From: an uncultured Eudoraea sp.
GTDB taxonomy: Bacteria; Bacteroidota; Bacteroidia; Flavobacteriales; Flavobacteriaceae
Direction of reading: 5' to 3'
Length of the DNA: 64,000 bases
Assembly: GCA_947258405.1 (NCBI GenBank)
Contig: CAMYIE010000003.1
Coordinates: 58,653-122,652 of the forward strand
This document shows positions 10,067 through 19,516 of this stretch, one piece after another. Below the pieces are notes generated by a model that saw only the letters and a list, made by a program, of their open reading frames with translations, searched no databases and was not told the DNA's origin. The stretch's first letter is position 1; the number at the start of each line of letters is the position of its first letter. A program made the position numbers and the translations under genes.

Positions 10067-11782
10067 CTACCAGAAATAGACCACAATAATCGTGGTGAGA
10101 ACAAGGAGAATTATGGCCAACTTACGATAATTATGATACCACGGGATAGATTTTAGTTCTTCTGTCTCTTCTATAAAAAGAGATTTCTTGTAGGTATACT
10201 CCGCGACCTTATCTGCAGGTGGAGTGGCTGTTGCCAGACTAACCACAATATGGATGAACATGCAAATCACAAAAAGAATCGATGCTTTCGCCAGAAAGTG
10301 AATTTCGTTAATGGGCTCTACCCATCCGTAGACCTGTGATAAAATGGTAAAAACCGCAAGGATGAAACCACAGAGAAGACTTGCAATGGAACCAGTTCCA
10401 TTTGCCCTTTTCCAAAACAATCCGAGCAGGAATGTAGCTACCGCAGGCGGACTGGTATATGCGATAACGGTCTGAAGGTATTCCCATAATGAATCGCTCA
10501 CCGTTTCTATAAAGGGTACCCACAAAATCGCGAGGACTACTAAAATAACCGTGGTAATCTGCCCAACCCTCACAAGTTGTTTACTGGTCATCTGTGGTCG
10601 TAGTTGTCTGACAAAATCCATGGTTACCAATGTTGAGGCCGAATTAAAAGTGGCAGAAACCGAAGACATCATAGCTGCCATAAGGCCCGCTACTACCAGA
10701 CCTAATATTCCGGCTGGAAGCAACTGAAATAAAAGCACTGGATAGGTAAGGTTCGGACAATCTGAAAGATCGTCACAAACCGAGCCGTCATTTAGCTGAT
10801 AATTAAGACCAGATATGTCTAAATCATTAAAAAGCAGGAGTCCCAATACGCCCGGAACCACCATGATAAAGATAACAGGCAATTTCAATAAGCCTGCGAA
10901 GAGCGCTCCCCAGCGGCCATGATCTAGGTTTTTTGCTCCCAGTACACGTTGTACCATGAATTGGTTATTTGCCCAAAAGTAAAAACCGAGCAACGGAATC
11001 CCGGTAAGCAACGACCACCATGGAATTTTATCGTTAGCCGGACGCACCAGGCTAAATACTTCATCAGAATTGGTCGGTATATACTGGCCGGATTCAATTT
11101 TTCGATCGAAATTTACTTCCCCATTGGCCAGCATGGTATCGAGATTATCCATCATGGCACCCCAGCCACCTCCAAGCTTATCAAATGCAAAATAGGTGAG
11201 CAGACAAGAGCCTATGATCAATAGCACCGCCTGAATGACCTCCGTTTGTATCACCGAATTGAGACCGCCTGGAATGGTATAGGCTGCGGCGGCAACAGCA
11301 AGAATGATCAGGATTAGTGTAGGATCAAGGCCAGGAAAAAGCAAAGTGAGTACAATTTTTCCAACGTAGAGCCCGGCGGCAGTATCTACGAGTACATTTC
11401 CCACCACCGTGATAAATGAAAAGTAATACCGCGATCTGCTGTCGTATCTTCTTTCCAGGAATTCAGGCATAGTATAGACCCCGGATTTCAGGTAAAAAGG
11501 CAGGAAGAATATCGAAAAAAAGATCAGGATAACTACGGCATACCATTCGTAGTTATAGACACTTATATCGGTCTGGAAGGCATCAGAAGCAAGACCTACC
11601 AAAGTTGAACTCGAAATATTTGCAGAGAAAAGAGCGATACCCACAATAGGCCATGTCATTGTACGCCCCCCCAGGAAATAGTCTTCAGAACTACTCCTTT
11701 TGGCTTTGGATATCCCATATATAATGATGCCCACAAGGTACACCACGATCACCGTGATATCCAATATTCCGAGTTCTCCCAT
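10067..11782 (-). CDS. Sodium:solute symporter family (SSF/SGLT-like) transporter
   Basis: The 571-aa polytopic membrane protein has an N-terminus DYFLGGR.M.W..VG..L.A.NIS typical of the SSF family. Substrate is unknown. Confidence 0.8.
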   Translation of the reverse strand: MGELGILDITVIVVYLVGIIIYGISKAKRSSSEDYFLGGRTMTWPIVGIALFSANISSSTLVGLASDAFQTDISVYNYEWYAVVILIFFSIFFLPFYLKSGVYTMPEFLERRYDSRSRYYFSFITVVGNVLVDTAAGLYVGKIVLTLLFPGLDPTLILIILAVAAAAYTIPGGLNSVIQTEVIQAVLLIIGSCLLTYFAFDKLGGGWGAMMDNLDTMLANGEVNFDRKIESGQYIPTNSDEVFSLVRPANDKIPWWSLLTGIPLLGFYFWANNQFMVQRVLGAKNLDHGRWGALFAGLLKLPVIFIMVVPGVLGLLLFNDLDISGLNYQLNDGSVCDDLSDCPNLTYPVLLFQLLPAGILGLVVAGLMAAMMSSVSATFNSASTLVTMDFVRQLRPQMTSKQLVRVGQITTVILVVLAILWVPFIETVSDSLWEYLQTVIAYTSPPAVATFLLGLFWKRANGTGSIASLLCGFILAVFTILSQVYGWVEPINEIHFLAKASILFVICMFIHIVVSLATATPPADKVAEYTYKKSLFIEETEELKSIPWYHNYRKLAIILLVLTTIIVVYFW

Positions 11783-11987
11783 ACTTTTTATTAATTCGAT
11801 TAATTATCAGGAACTGGCGATTGCCTAAATATAGATTACAACTCTTTCCGACACTTAATTTATTTTACTCAAGGTACCCCTGAAACCTTCCGATATAACC
11901 GCATCCATATTCTCAGGCACTCCAAAAATACATTTGTAAAAAATTGGTCATTGTCGCATTTGGTTGGGTGCTTAAATGTCTGAGTTT

Positions 11988-13445
11988 TTAAAGATTTTCT
12001 ACTTCTGATTTTTCGGCTGTAACTTTTAGCCTCATCGCTAGGAGAGAAGCGATAATAAAAAACACACCGCCAAAGAGTATAGCATTGACAGCATTATTGT
12101 TCAGGGTATATTTAATGATCGATCCAAAGCTGATGGTTTGCAACAGCATGGGAATAACGATCATCATATTCACAATACCCATATAGACCCCACGGCGTTC
12201 TTCAGGAATTACTTTAGATACCATTGCATAAGGAATTCCCATCATGGCTGCCCAGCCAATACCAAACAAGACCATAGGTAAGAGCAAAATATATTGGTCT
12301 TTAATAAAGGGCATGCTCAACAGTGCAATCCCTGTTAAAAGCAAGCTAAGTACATATACTAATTTTGAACTGTATTTTCGTGCAAATGGGACAAGCGCTA
12401 AAGCTACCAGCATTGTAACCATATTATAGGTACCATTCATCAATCCGGTTTGTGCAAGTGCCTGCTCAGACAACAGTTGAATATTTTGCGCAAAAGACAT
12501 GTCGGTGGTATTGATCTCCGCTCCATTTTTACAAGACTCCATAATGGTTTCAAAACGTTCAGTATCACTATTGCTGATCCCATATAAACTGGTGCGAAGC
12601 ATCGGGGTGATAAATTGCCAATAAACGAATAAGGCATACCACTGGAATAAATAAACCGCTGCGAGATTCCACATGAGTTTGGGCATATCTCCGATGGCAT
12701 GATAGATCTCCACCACGGGCTCGAAGGTTCTTTGAAGTAAAGATTTACCTTCCTTTCGCTCTTTTATATAGGCCAATTCTTCATCGGATGGGGCAATTTC
12801 AGGTGTTTTTATTACCGACCACAATATGGTGGTTATCGAAGCGATAGCCCCTAAAAAGAATGAATAATATACCCATTTGGGAATTGCAGTAACCATTTCA
12901 GTTCCTGTGGTACATAACTCTCCCACGACTGCAGGAACACTGAACCAGTCCTGGAAAAGAAATAATGAAAAGTTAGCGAGGGTAATCCCGGCCCCGACAA
13001 ACAAACTCTGCATTTGAAAACCATAGGTGAGTTGATTATCAGGAAGTTTGTCCCCTATAAAGGCTCTATAGGGTTCCATTGCAGTATTATTACAGGCGTC
13101 TAATATCCAGAGCAGTCCAACTGCAAACCATAAATGTGGACTGAACGGAAAGGCGAAAAGACATAAACTGGCCCCAATGGCTCCGATCAGGAAAAATGGT
13201 TTTCTCCTTCCCCATTTCGGAGACCAGGTTTTATCGGATATAGCACCGATGAGGGGCTGTATCAATAAACCTGTAACGGGTCCGGCCAGGTTGAGTAAGG
13301 GCAATTCTTCGTGATGGGCTCCCAGGAAAGAAAAAATGGGATTTATAGCTGTTTGTTGTAGACCAAAACTAAACTGGATTCCAAAAAATCCAACATTCAT
13401 ATTCCAGATCTGCCAAAAACTTAACTCAGGCTTCCTAATCTTCAT
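11988..13445 (-). CDS. MFS transporter, SLC45/GPH-like (sugar:H+ symporter-like)
   Basis: The 485-aa product has about 12 hydrophobic segments and the WGRRKPFFLIGA motif characteristic of GPH/SLC45-type MFS proteins. Confidence 0.7.
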   Translation of the reverse strand: MKIRKPELSFWQIWNMNVGFFGIQFSFGLQQTAINPIFSFLGAHHEELPLLNLAGPVTGLLIQPLIGAISDKTWSPKWGRRKPFFLIGAIGASLCLFAFPFSPHLWFAVGLLWILDACNNTAMEPYRAFIGDKLPDNQLTYGFQMQSLFVGAGITLANFSLFLFQDWFSVPAVVGELCTTGTEMVTAIPKWVYYSFFLGAIASITTILWSVIKTPEIAPSDEELAYIKERKEGKSLLQRTFEPVVEIYHAIGDMPKLMWNLAAVYLFQWYALFVYWQFITPMLRTSLYGISNSDTERFETIMESCKNGAEINTTDMSFAQNIQLLSEQALAQTGLMNGTYNMVTMLVALALVPFARKYSSKLVYVLSLLLTGIALLSMPFIKDQYILLLPMVLFGIGWAAMMGIPYAMVSKVIPEERRGVYMGIVNMMIVIPMLLQTISFGSIIKYTLNNNAVNAILFGGVFFIIASLLAMRLKVTAEKSEVENL

Positions 13446-13593
13446 AGGATTCGTTTGGTTGTTTTGTTGGATAGGGATCCAATGGTAAATACTTGGTTAG
13501 AAGACCCTCAAGATAAAGTTTTATCCTTATTTTCAGGATAAACTTTATTAAAAATTGGCCGATTGGTCCACGAAAACGATGTAGTTAGAGGTG

Positions 13594-14457
13594 TTATTCT
13601 TTAAGAAACGCTATGTTTCCTTTAAGTCCGGCATATTTGGTGCGTTTCACGGCCGATTTTTTAAAGACTTTGTTGAATACCTCGTTTGAAATCTCCTCCC
13701 ATTCTTTTTTGCTCATCGACAACAATGATGGATGCGGATTAAAAAGAGGCTCTGAATGCGACTTTGAAAACCGATTCCAGGGACAGACATCCTGGCAGAC
13801 ATCACAACCAAAGGCCCAGTCATCGAATTGGCCCTTATACTCAGAGGGGATTTCGTTTTTCAATTCGATGGTGAAATAGGATATGCACTTACTCCCATCC
13901 ACCATATAGGGTTGAACGATGGCTTCAGTCGGACAAGCATCTATACATGCAGTACATTCTCCGCAATGATCGGTCACCGGGGTATCGGCTTCCAATTCCA
14001 GGTCGAGGATCACTTCTGCCAGAAAGTAAAAAGAACCGAGTTGTTGTGTGAGCAGATTGCTGTGTTTCCCTATCCAACCCAGACCGCTTTTGGCCGCCCA
14101 GGCCTTTTCCAAAACCGGTGCTGAATCTACAAAAGCCCGTCCGTGCACCTCCCCGATCTCATCCTGAAGCTTACTCAGGAGTTCTTTCAGCTTGTCTTTT
14201 ATTACGAAGTGATAGTCTACACCGTAGGCGTATTTAGATATCTTGTAGCTGTCCTCGATCTGGCTTTCAGAAGGAAAATAATTGTATAAGAGGGAAACCA
14301 CGGATTTAGCTCCGGGAACAAGTTTTCGAGGGTCCAAGCGTTTGTCAAAATGGTTCTCCATATACTGCATTTCTCCATGACTCCCTTCCATCAGCCATTT
14401 CTCCAATCTCGGCGCTTCCTCCTCCAGAAAATCAGCTTTGGAGATCCCACAAGACAA
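13594..14457 (-). CDS. queG: tRNA epoxyqueuosine(34) reductase QueG. The true start may lie upstream, at up to 14514.
   Basis: Two ferredoxin-type clusters are present ([13 protein letters not shown] and [11 protein letters not shown]), along with a conserved QueG body. The in-frame upstream sequence reads [21 protein letters not shown], typical of a QueG N-terminus, but it contains no ATG, GTG or TTG. Confidence 0.85.
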   Translation of the reverse strand: MSCGISKADFLEEEAPRLEKWLMEGSHGEMQYMENHFDKRLDPRKLVPGAKSVVSLLYNYFPSESQIEDSYKISKYAYGVDYHFVIKDKLKELLSKLQDEIGEVHGRAFVDSAPVLEKAWAAKSGLGWIGKHSNLLTQQLGSFYFLAEVILDLELEADTPVTDHCGECTACIDACPTEAIVQPYMVDGSKCISYFTIELKNEIPSEYKGQFDDWAFGCDVCQDVCPWNRFSKSHSEPLFNPHPSLLSMSKKEWEEISNEVFNKVFKKSAVKRTKYAGLKGNIAFLKE

Positions 14458-14619
14458 AAAACCGAGGCGTTGGGCTTCGGCTTTGATTATCTGAGTATGT
14501 TTTTCCTTGGAAATTTTACTTTCTTGTTATGGTGTTTCAGGTTTAATAATAATGAAAATTACCAAAACCCCAAGATTTTTATCCGGGAGATTACCAGCTC
14601 ATTGAAATACTATAGAAAG

Positions 14620-14650
14620 AAAAGCCGTCGGGCATGCCCGACGGCTTTTT
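14620..14650 (-). terminator. Rho-independent terminator (perfect palindrome, structurally bidirectional) downstream of the 14662-15225 gene
   Basis: The sequence aaaagccgtcggg-catg-cccgacggcttttt forms a 9-bp GC-rich stem flanked by an A-run and a T-run. Confidence 0.8.
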
Positions 14651-14661
14651 GGAAATTTTGG

Positions 14662-15225
14662 TTATAACTTCAAGCTACTTGATACAATTTTATCGAAATT
14701 ACTACTGGCAACAGAAGCATCTTCCAATTCATATTTAAGCCTCATCTTCTTCTTGCCACTTCTTAATTGAGCCTTGTATTTCCGTACTGGGTCTTTTCCC
14801 TTGATGTATGTCACCTGGTACTTGCTTTTAGCAATTGTCCATCCGGGATTTTCCTGGCATATCTGTTTTCTCAGCGACATAGGAGGACTAACATTTTTGA
14901 TGTTCTCAAACGCAGAGATCAACTCGCCTTCTTTGTCATAGACTGCATAAATACTACCCTGGCTATTTCGGAAAGAAACCTCGAAAGCATTTTCTATTCG
15001 ATTGTATGCAGGTGAATCCTTCAGATTAAAGTTCGCAGCCATACTCTCCAGAGCTCTCGCAGCTGCAGGTGTCTGGTGATCCTGAACAGCACGTAGATAA
15101 TCTGAATTAATTGCAGTTAAAGTAACTTCTGCAAGTTCCACTTCCTGAGCAATTCCTTCTGTTTCTTGCCCATACGTAAGGCTGGTAAGGCCTAATAAAA
15201 AGATACCAATCATCAATTTTCTCAT
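14662..15225 (-). CDS. Small exported protein of unknown function (PepSY-like/BLIP-like guess). It is a paralog of 26861-27376 and is called P1 here.
   Basis: The track ORF is 14662-15348. I prefer the internal ATG at 15225 because it gives MRKLMIGIFLLGLTSLTYGQ, a clean signal peptide. The product aligns by eye with the 26861-27376 product (EV.L.EVT(L/V)T..N.DYL..VQD..TP..., AFEVSF.NS.G.I.A.YD..G..IS). Confidence 0.6.
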   Translation of the reverse strand: MRKLMIGIFLLGLTSLTYGQETEGIAQEVELAEVTLTAINSDYLRAVQDHQTPAAARALESMAANFNLKDSPAYNRIENAFEVSFRNSQGSIYAVYDKEGELISAFENIKNVSPPMSLRKQICQENPGWTIAKSKYQVTYIKGKDPVRKYKAQLRSGKKKMRLKYELEDASVASSNFDKIVSSSLKL

Positions 15226-15443
15226 AATACTACTATTTAAGGGTTTAATATTCAACTTTGAAAAGGATAGAGGAAGCTCAAATTGTTTATTCTCCGGACT
15301 AACCTTATTGATTCGCTTAATTCTATTTATCTTTAATGATACCGACATGATTACCTGTATTTAGGATTGATATTTATACTGTTTTCAAAACTTAGTGCTG
15401 TGGGAAACCGAAAGGTTAACAGGTAGGAATAAAAAAATCCGAA

Positions 15444-15986
15444 ATGGACCAAAAATCGATTGCAGATTTACAGTCAGACGACCGTTTAAAGCTGAAATCT
15501 CTCTACGACGGTTTTCGCGATGCTTTCTTTGGGTTTTTCCAGAGTTGGCATGTCGATGAGAACGATTTACCAGATATTTATCAGGAAGCTTTTCTGGCTT
15601 TGAGAAAACATGCGATCAATGGTAAACTTGATACTGTAAAGTGCGGGATGAAAACCTACTTATTCCAGATCGGGAAGTATATGATTATCGACCAATATAA
15701 ACAGAGAAGTAAATTTGAAAATATTGAGCCACATCTACACCTGGCGGGGGAAGAGACGGTCGATATTGTGTTAGATCCACACGACTTTCTAAACGCTGAG
15801 AAAAGAAAACTAAAGAAATTTTTTAAAGAGCTGGATGAAAAGTGTCGCGAACTGCTAACCTTGTTCTATTATAGGGGACTAAGTCTTGAAGAGATTGCGC
15901 CTATGACCAACCGAAGCAATGCAAACGTAGTGAAAGTGCAGAAACACCGCTGCCTGGAAAAATTGCGAAGCAGAATGTTAAATTGA
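15444..15986 (+). CDS. RNA polymerase ECF-type sigma-70 factor
   Basis: The 180-aa product has a region 2-like segment (IYQEAFLALRKH..., YLFQIGKYMIIDQYKQR) and a region 4 HTH (LSLEEIAPMTNRSNANVVKVQKHRCLEKLR). Confidence 0.85.
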   Translation: MDQKSIADLQSDDRLKLKSLYDGFRDAFFGFFQSWHVDENDLPDIYQEAFLALRKHAINGKLDTVKCGMKTYLFQIGKYMIIDQYKQRSKFENIEPHLHLAGEETVDIVLDPHDFLNAEKRKLKKFFKELDEKCRELLTLFYYRGLSLEEIAPMTNRSNANVVKVQKHRCLEKLRSRMLN

Positions 15987-15990
15987 TACG

Positions 15991-16707
15991 ATGGATCCAA
16001 AAGTACTAATAGAGAAATATATCGAAGGTACGCTCAATAAAGAGGAGAAGAAGACCTTCGAAAAATTGAGGGTCGAGGATGAAGTCTTCGATCGTCTGGC
16101 TTGGGTACACGATAATATGGCTCAGGTTACCAAGGAGGAAAACGATCCGGTAAGAAATATGATCGAAGAATTTGAATCGGAGCACACGCCAAAGCTTCAA
16201 ACGGCATTTACCTGGAAGAAACTTTTGGTAGCTGCATCGATTTTTATAGTATTCGGACTTGCTGTATTATATAATGTAACCCGCCCTGTATCTGCCGATG
16301 ATCTTTACGAGAGTTATTTTGAAAGCTATCCGAATGTAGTGCATGTAACTGTCAGGGGCGAAAACGAAAAAGAGGTAAGTATAGCTTTCGAGGCCTACGA
16401 AACTGACCGTTATGAGGAGGCACTGACAAGGTTCGGAGAACTCTACAAGGATAGAGGAACTGCATTTTATCTTTTTTATATGGGTAATGCGCTGTTGGAA
16501 CTGGACCGAACCGAAGAGGCAATTGAACTGCTAAAGGAATTTTCAACCACAGAAGATAACCTGGCAGACAAGGCCGGATGGTATCTGGCGATGGCTTATC
16601 TTAAAATGAATGACAAGGAAAGTGCAAAAGTCGAATTGAAAAAAGTGGTTGAAGAAAAGGCCTTCAATGCTACCAAGGCCAAAGAATTACTTGCCGAACT
16701 TGAATAG
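15991..16707 (+). CDS. Single-pass membrane protein with extracytoplasmic TPR domain (putative non-ZAS anti-sigma factor)
   Basis: The gene starts 4 nt after the sigma gene stop. The product has a short N-terminal cytoplasmic segment without an HxxxCxxC motif, a TM segment LLVAASIFIVFGLAVLY, and TPR-like repeats (YEEALTRFGELY..., AIELLKEF...). The anti-sigma role is inferred from position only. Confidence 0.55.
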   Translation: MDPKVLIEKYIEGTLNKEEKKTFEKLRVEDEVFDRLAWVHDNMAQVTKEENDPVRNMIEEFESEHTPKLQTAFTWKKLLVAASIFIVFGLAVLYNVTRPVSADDLYESYFESYPNVVHVTVRGENEKEVSIAFEAYETDRYEEALTRFGELYKDRGTAFYLFYMGNALLELDRTEEAIELLKEFSTTEDNLADKAGWYLAMAYLKMNDKESAKVELKKVVEEKAFNATKAKELLAELE

Positions 16708-19443
16708 GCGCTTTCTGGTCATGAAAATAATACCGATGACCAGAAATAGACCCAGCATCATCCAGTACATCGAATTTGCTTCGGCGAGCGGTGCATTATC
16801 ACCCAAAATCACAAAACCAGCCCAGTAGTAAGGATGTTTTAATTCGGGTACTTCCGCCTGCTGGAGATATTCCAGTTTAGCTTCTCTCAGGGCAGCAGAT
16901 TTGGTCTGACCCTCAGTCAGATTTTTATAGAAAGACTGCATAATATCCCGCCCTCCTTTGTCTGTTATCGGCCAGAGTGATGACACCACACTATTGGCAC
17001 CTGAATAGAAGAATCCCCTTGCCAGACTCATGATGCCCTCACCGGGTTTTAGATTTCCCTGGGAGGTGTTGCAGGCGCTCAATACCACCATTTCTGATTG
17101 GGTGGGTGTAGCATAGATCTCCTTTAGATACATCTTGCCATCGTTAAAGGCGATCCACGGATTATCCCCTTCACCCAGGTCGGCATGCGTCGCCAGGTGG
17201 ATGATCATATGCCCGCTGGCAGACTGGGTAAAATTAGACTTCGAGGCCTGTTCCTTTAAATAGAGATCTCCCTTAAACAACTGACTGACTGCCGTGGCCT
17301 CATCTTCGCTGTACTGAAGGGCATCAAGACCATTAAAGTCGAATTGGACGGGTGCCATGGCGATGACCGATCCATCGAATCCCCTGGAATTGATCGATTG
17401 CCGCTCGAGCAGGGAAAGCGAATAGGCGTAACTTATCTCAGCATCTTCAATAAGGTAGTGCAGACCGGAGATATCTGTTACCAGGGTCTCAAATGGGATA
17501 CGCTGGAGGTTGTAATCCGGCACGATCCATAGTCGTTTGCCACGAAGCTCATCCCGTATTTCTTCAGGGATAAGTTGTTGATACAGTTTATGTGAGAGAA
17601 CATATAAGGTATCCAGATCAGATATACCATTGGAGAGCAGGCTTATGTAGGTGTTGATATCCTTATTAAACTGTTGAATATTTTCCAATCGGAAGAGTTG
17701 GCTGGAGTCTTTTGTATTCAATAGTCCATACCCATCTTCGTCGTTCAGTATGTAGTGGAGCACATATTGATCGGGCAGGAGGTATTTGCCTTTCAGTTCA
17801 TCGAAAGTGAGGATATTGGTCTTTCTTTTATAGCGGGCATAATCGGGGTAAGCGGTGTTCAGGGAATCTATATAAGCCTCATATTGAGTTTTTGCCCGGC
17901 GTACCGAATTTCTAAGGTCTTCTAAGTCCTGATGGGTGTCAGCTTCACTCAGGTTATTTTCTGCCAGAAAGATCTGCCGGCGGAGTTTAAATTCATTCTG
18001 GGCCGCTTCCATCGGGAGTCCGGCTATGCGTTTGGCGTCTTCATGACCCAGGTCTTCCAGGAGAAGCAGCGCCTTGTTGCGTTCCATAAAATAGAAAGCC
18101 TGCTCTGGCTTATCGAGCAAATAACAAACCTCCACGGCCTTCGAATAGAGACTGGCTCCTTTTTCCCGCCAGTAGAGTTTAGACTGCTGTTCGGTGCTTT
18201 CGAAACGGATCAGGTCTACCAGCTGGTCTGCCATATCGAAGGTCTCCAATGCATGTTCTAAATGGGTTTGTTCGGGTGCATTTTCGTACCAGCTAAGCCA
18301 GGCATTGGCTTTGGTGACCAGGTGATTGAGGAGAGAGGTTTTATCAACTGCAAGGTTTAACTGACCCACATCTGGGAGCTTTTCAAAAGGTATTTCCAAA
18401 ACATCATTAATTAATAATGCTATAGCCTGGTTGTAATGTTCCATGGCTACTTTGAAAGCCCTAATTTTCATATGGTAATCTCCGAGGTTATTATAGGGAT
18501 CATCTAATAGAGGATCATATTTTAGTGCCTTATTAAGGTTTTCAAAGGCGACAAAATCTTCCCCGATCTTGAGTTGTGAAAAGGCAAGGCTATTATAAGC
18601 AGCGGCTAAATTATTTGAATCATTTTTTGGAAGGTTATTAATTACATCTTTGTGATATGCTATCGACTCTTCATACTTATTGTTGTCAGAAAGCAGATTT
18701 CCATGTATTTGACTTATGTAATTAAGCATGTAGCAACAAGGTATATTATTTAATTCCAGTAGCAGGCGGGCTTCCTCAAGATGGTATAGAATTATTGGAG
18801 AGTCTTTACGCGAATCTAAATCATAATATATATCGGCTAAAAGAATATGGGCCCAAATAACATTAGTGATATGGCCAGATTTTATTTGCTCATTCTTAAT
18901 CAAAAAATTGTAAGCTTCGATCGCTTTATAATAATCTCCTAGTATCGTATATAGTTCTCCAATGCCATGATATGAAAGCTCGATTAAGAAATCGGCCTCA
19001 CCAGGTTCACAAAAAGAATTGCCTCTTTCTATTACCTGTAAATAGTAACTTAAAGATGAATAAATATCGAAGGATTTAGAGTAAAAATACCCAAGGTTAT
19101 AGATCGTTCTATTGATGGAGCACTTCTTGTCTTGACTTAGTTTACTTTTGATGAAAAATGCCTTTTTGGTTGCCTGTATAGCCTTGGTAAACTGCAGACT
19201 ATCTTTTGTGCTCAACCAATTTTTAAAGTACCACCTGCTCCCTAAGTCATGATAAAACTCTGCAATATCTAATGTGTCAATTTCGCTCTTATCAGACTGA
19301 ATTAACGAATCGATTATTTCAGTCTTTGCGGCAGCCGACATATCCCGATCAATGGTAGCAATAAGTGCTTCATTTAATTGAGCGTATCCACTAATTGATT
19401 TTAAAATAGCTATAGCAATAATGAAAATCAATGACCTGGACAT
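16687..19443 (-). CDS. Exported TPR-repeat CHAT-domain (caspase-like peptidase fold) protein with C-terminal membrane anchor
   Basis: The 918-aa product starts with the signal peptide MSRSLIFIIAIAILKSISGYAQ. A long TPR-like region follows. The CHAT dyad context is present: HLATHA (His753, codon 17185-17187) and VVLSACNT (Cys791, TGC at 17071-17073). The C-terminal TM is YWMMLGLFLVIGIIFM followed by a basic tail. Confidence 0.8.
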   Translation of the reverse strand: MSRSLIFIIAIAILKSISGYAQLNEALIATIDRDMSAAAKTEIIDSLIQSDKSEIDTLDIAEFYHDLGSRWYFKNWLSTKDSLQFTKAIQATKKAFFIKSKLSQDKKCSINRTIYNLGYFYSKSFDIYSSLSYYLQVIERGNSFCEPGEADFLIELSYHGIGELYTILGDYYKAIEAYNFLIKNEQIKSGHITNVIWAHILLADIYYDLDSRKDSPIILYHLEEARLLLELNNIPCCYMLNYISQIHGNLLSDNNKYEESIAYHKDVINNLPKNDSNNLAAAYNSLAFSQLKIGEDFVAFENLNKALKYDPLLDDPYNNLGDYHMKIRAFKVAMEHYNQAIALLINDVLEIPFEKLPDVGQLNLAVDKTSLLNHLVTKANAWLSWYENAPEQTHLEHALETFDMADQLVDLIRFESTEQQSKLYWREKGASLYSKAVEVCYLLDKPEQAFYFMERNKALLLLEDLGHEDAKRIAGLPMEAAQNEFKLRRQIFLAENNLSEADTHQDLEDLRNSVRRAKTQYEAYIDSLNTAYPDYARYKRKTNILTFDELKGKYLLPDQYVLHYILNDEDGYGLLNTKDSSQLFRLENIQQFNKDINTYISLLSNGISDLDTLYVLSHKLYQQLIPEEIRDELRGKRLWIVPDYNLQRIPFETLVTDISGLHYLIEDAEISYAYSLSLLERQSINSRGFDGSVIAMAPVQFDFNGLDALQYSEDEATAVSQLFKGDLYLKEQASKSNFTQSASGHMIIHLATHADLGEGDNPWIAFNDGKMYLKEIYATPTQSEMVVLSACNTSQGNLKPGEGIMSLARGFFYSGANSVVSSLWPITDKGGRDIMQSFYKNLTEGQTKSAALREAKLEYLQQAEVPELKHPYYWAGFVILGDNAPLAEANSMYWMMLGLFLVIGIIFMTRKRLFKFGK

Positions 19444-19516
19444 AAAAAGAGTGTATTGAATCCAATATTAAAAGTACTTGAGTTATATTATCACTAATGA
19501 AAGTGACTTACCGGCG

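Noticed and set aside
13513-13548. An AT-rich 13-bp inverted repeat (ataaagttt(t)atcc ... ggataaactttat) lies between queG and the MFS gene.
   Set aside because: The stem is weak and AU-only, and no U-tract follows it on the minus strand. I cannot distinguish a terminator, an operator or chance, so I did not call it as a feature.
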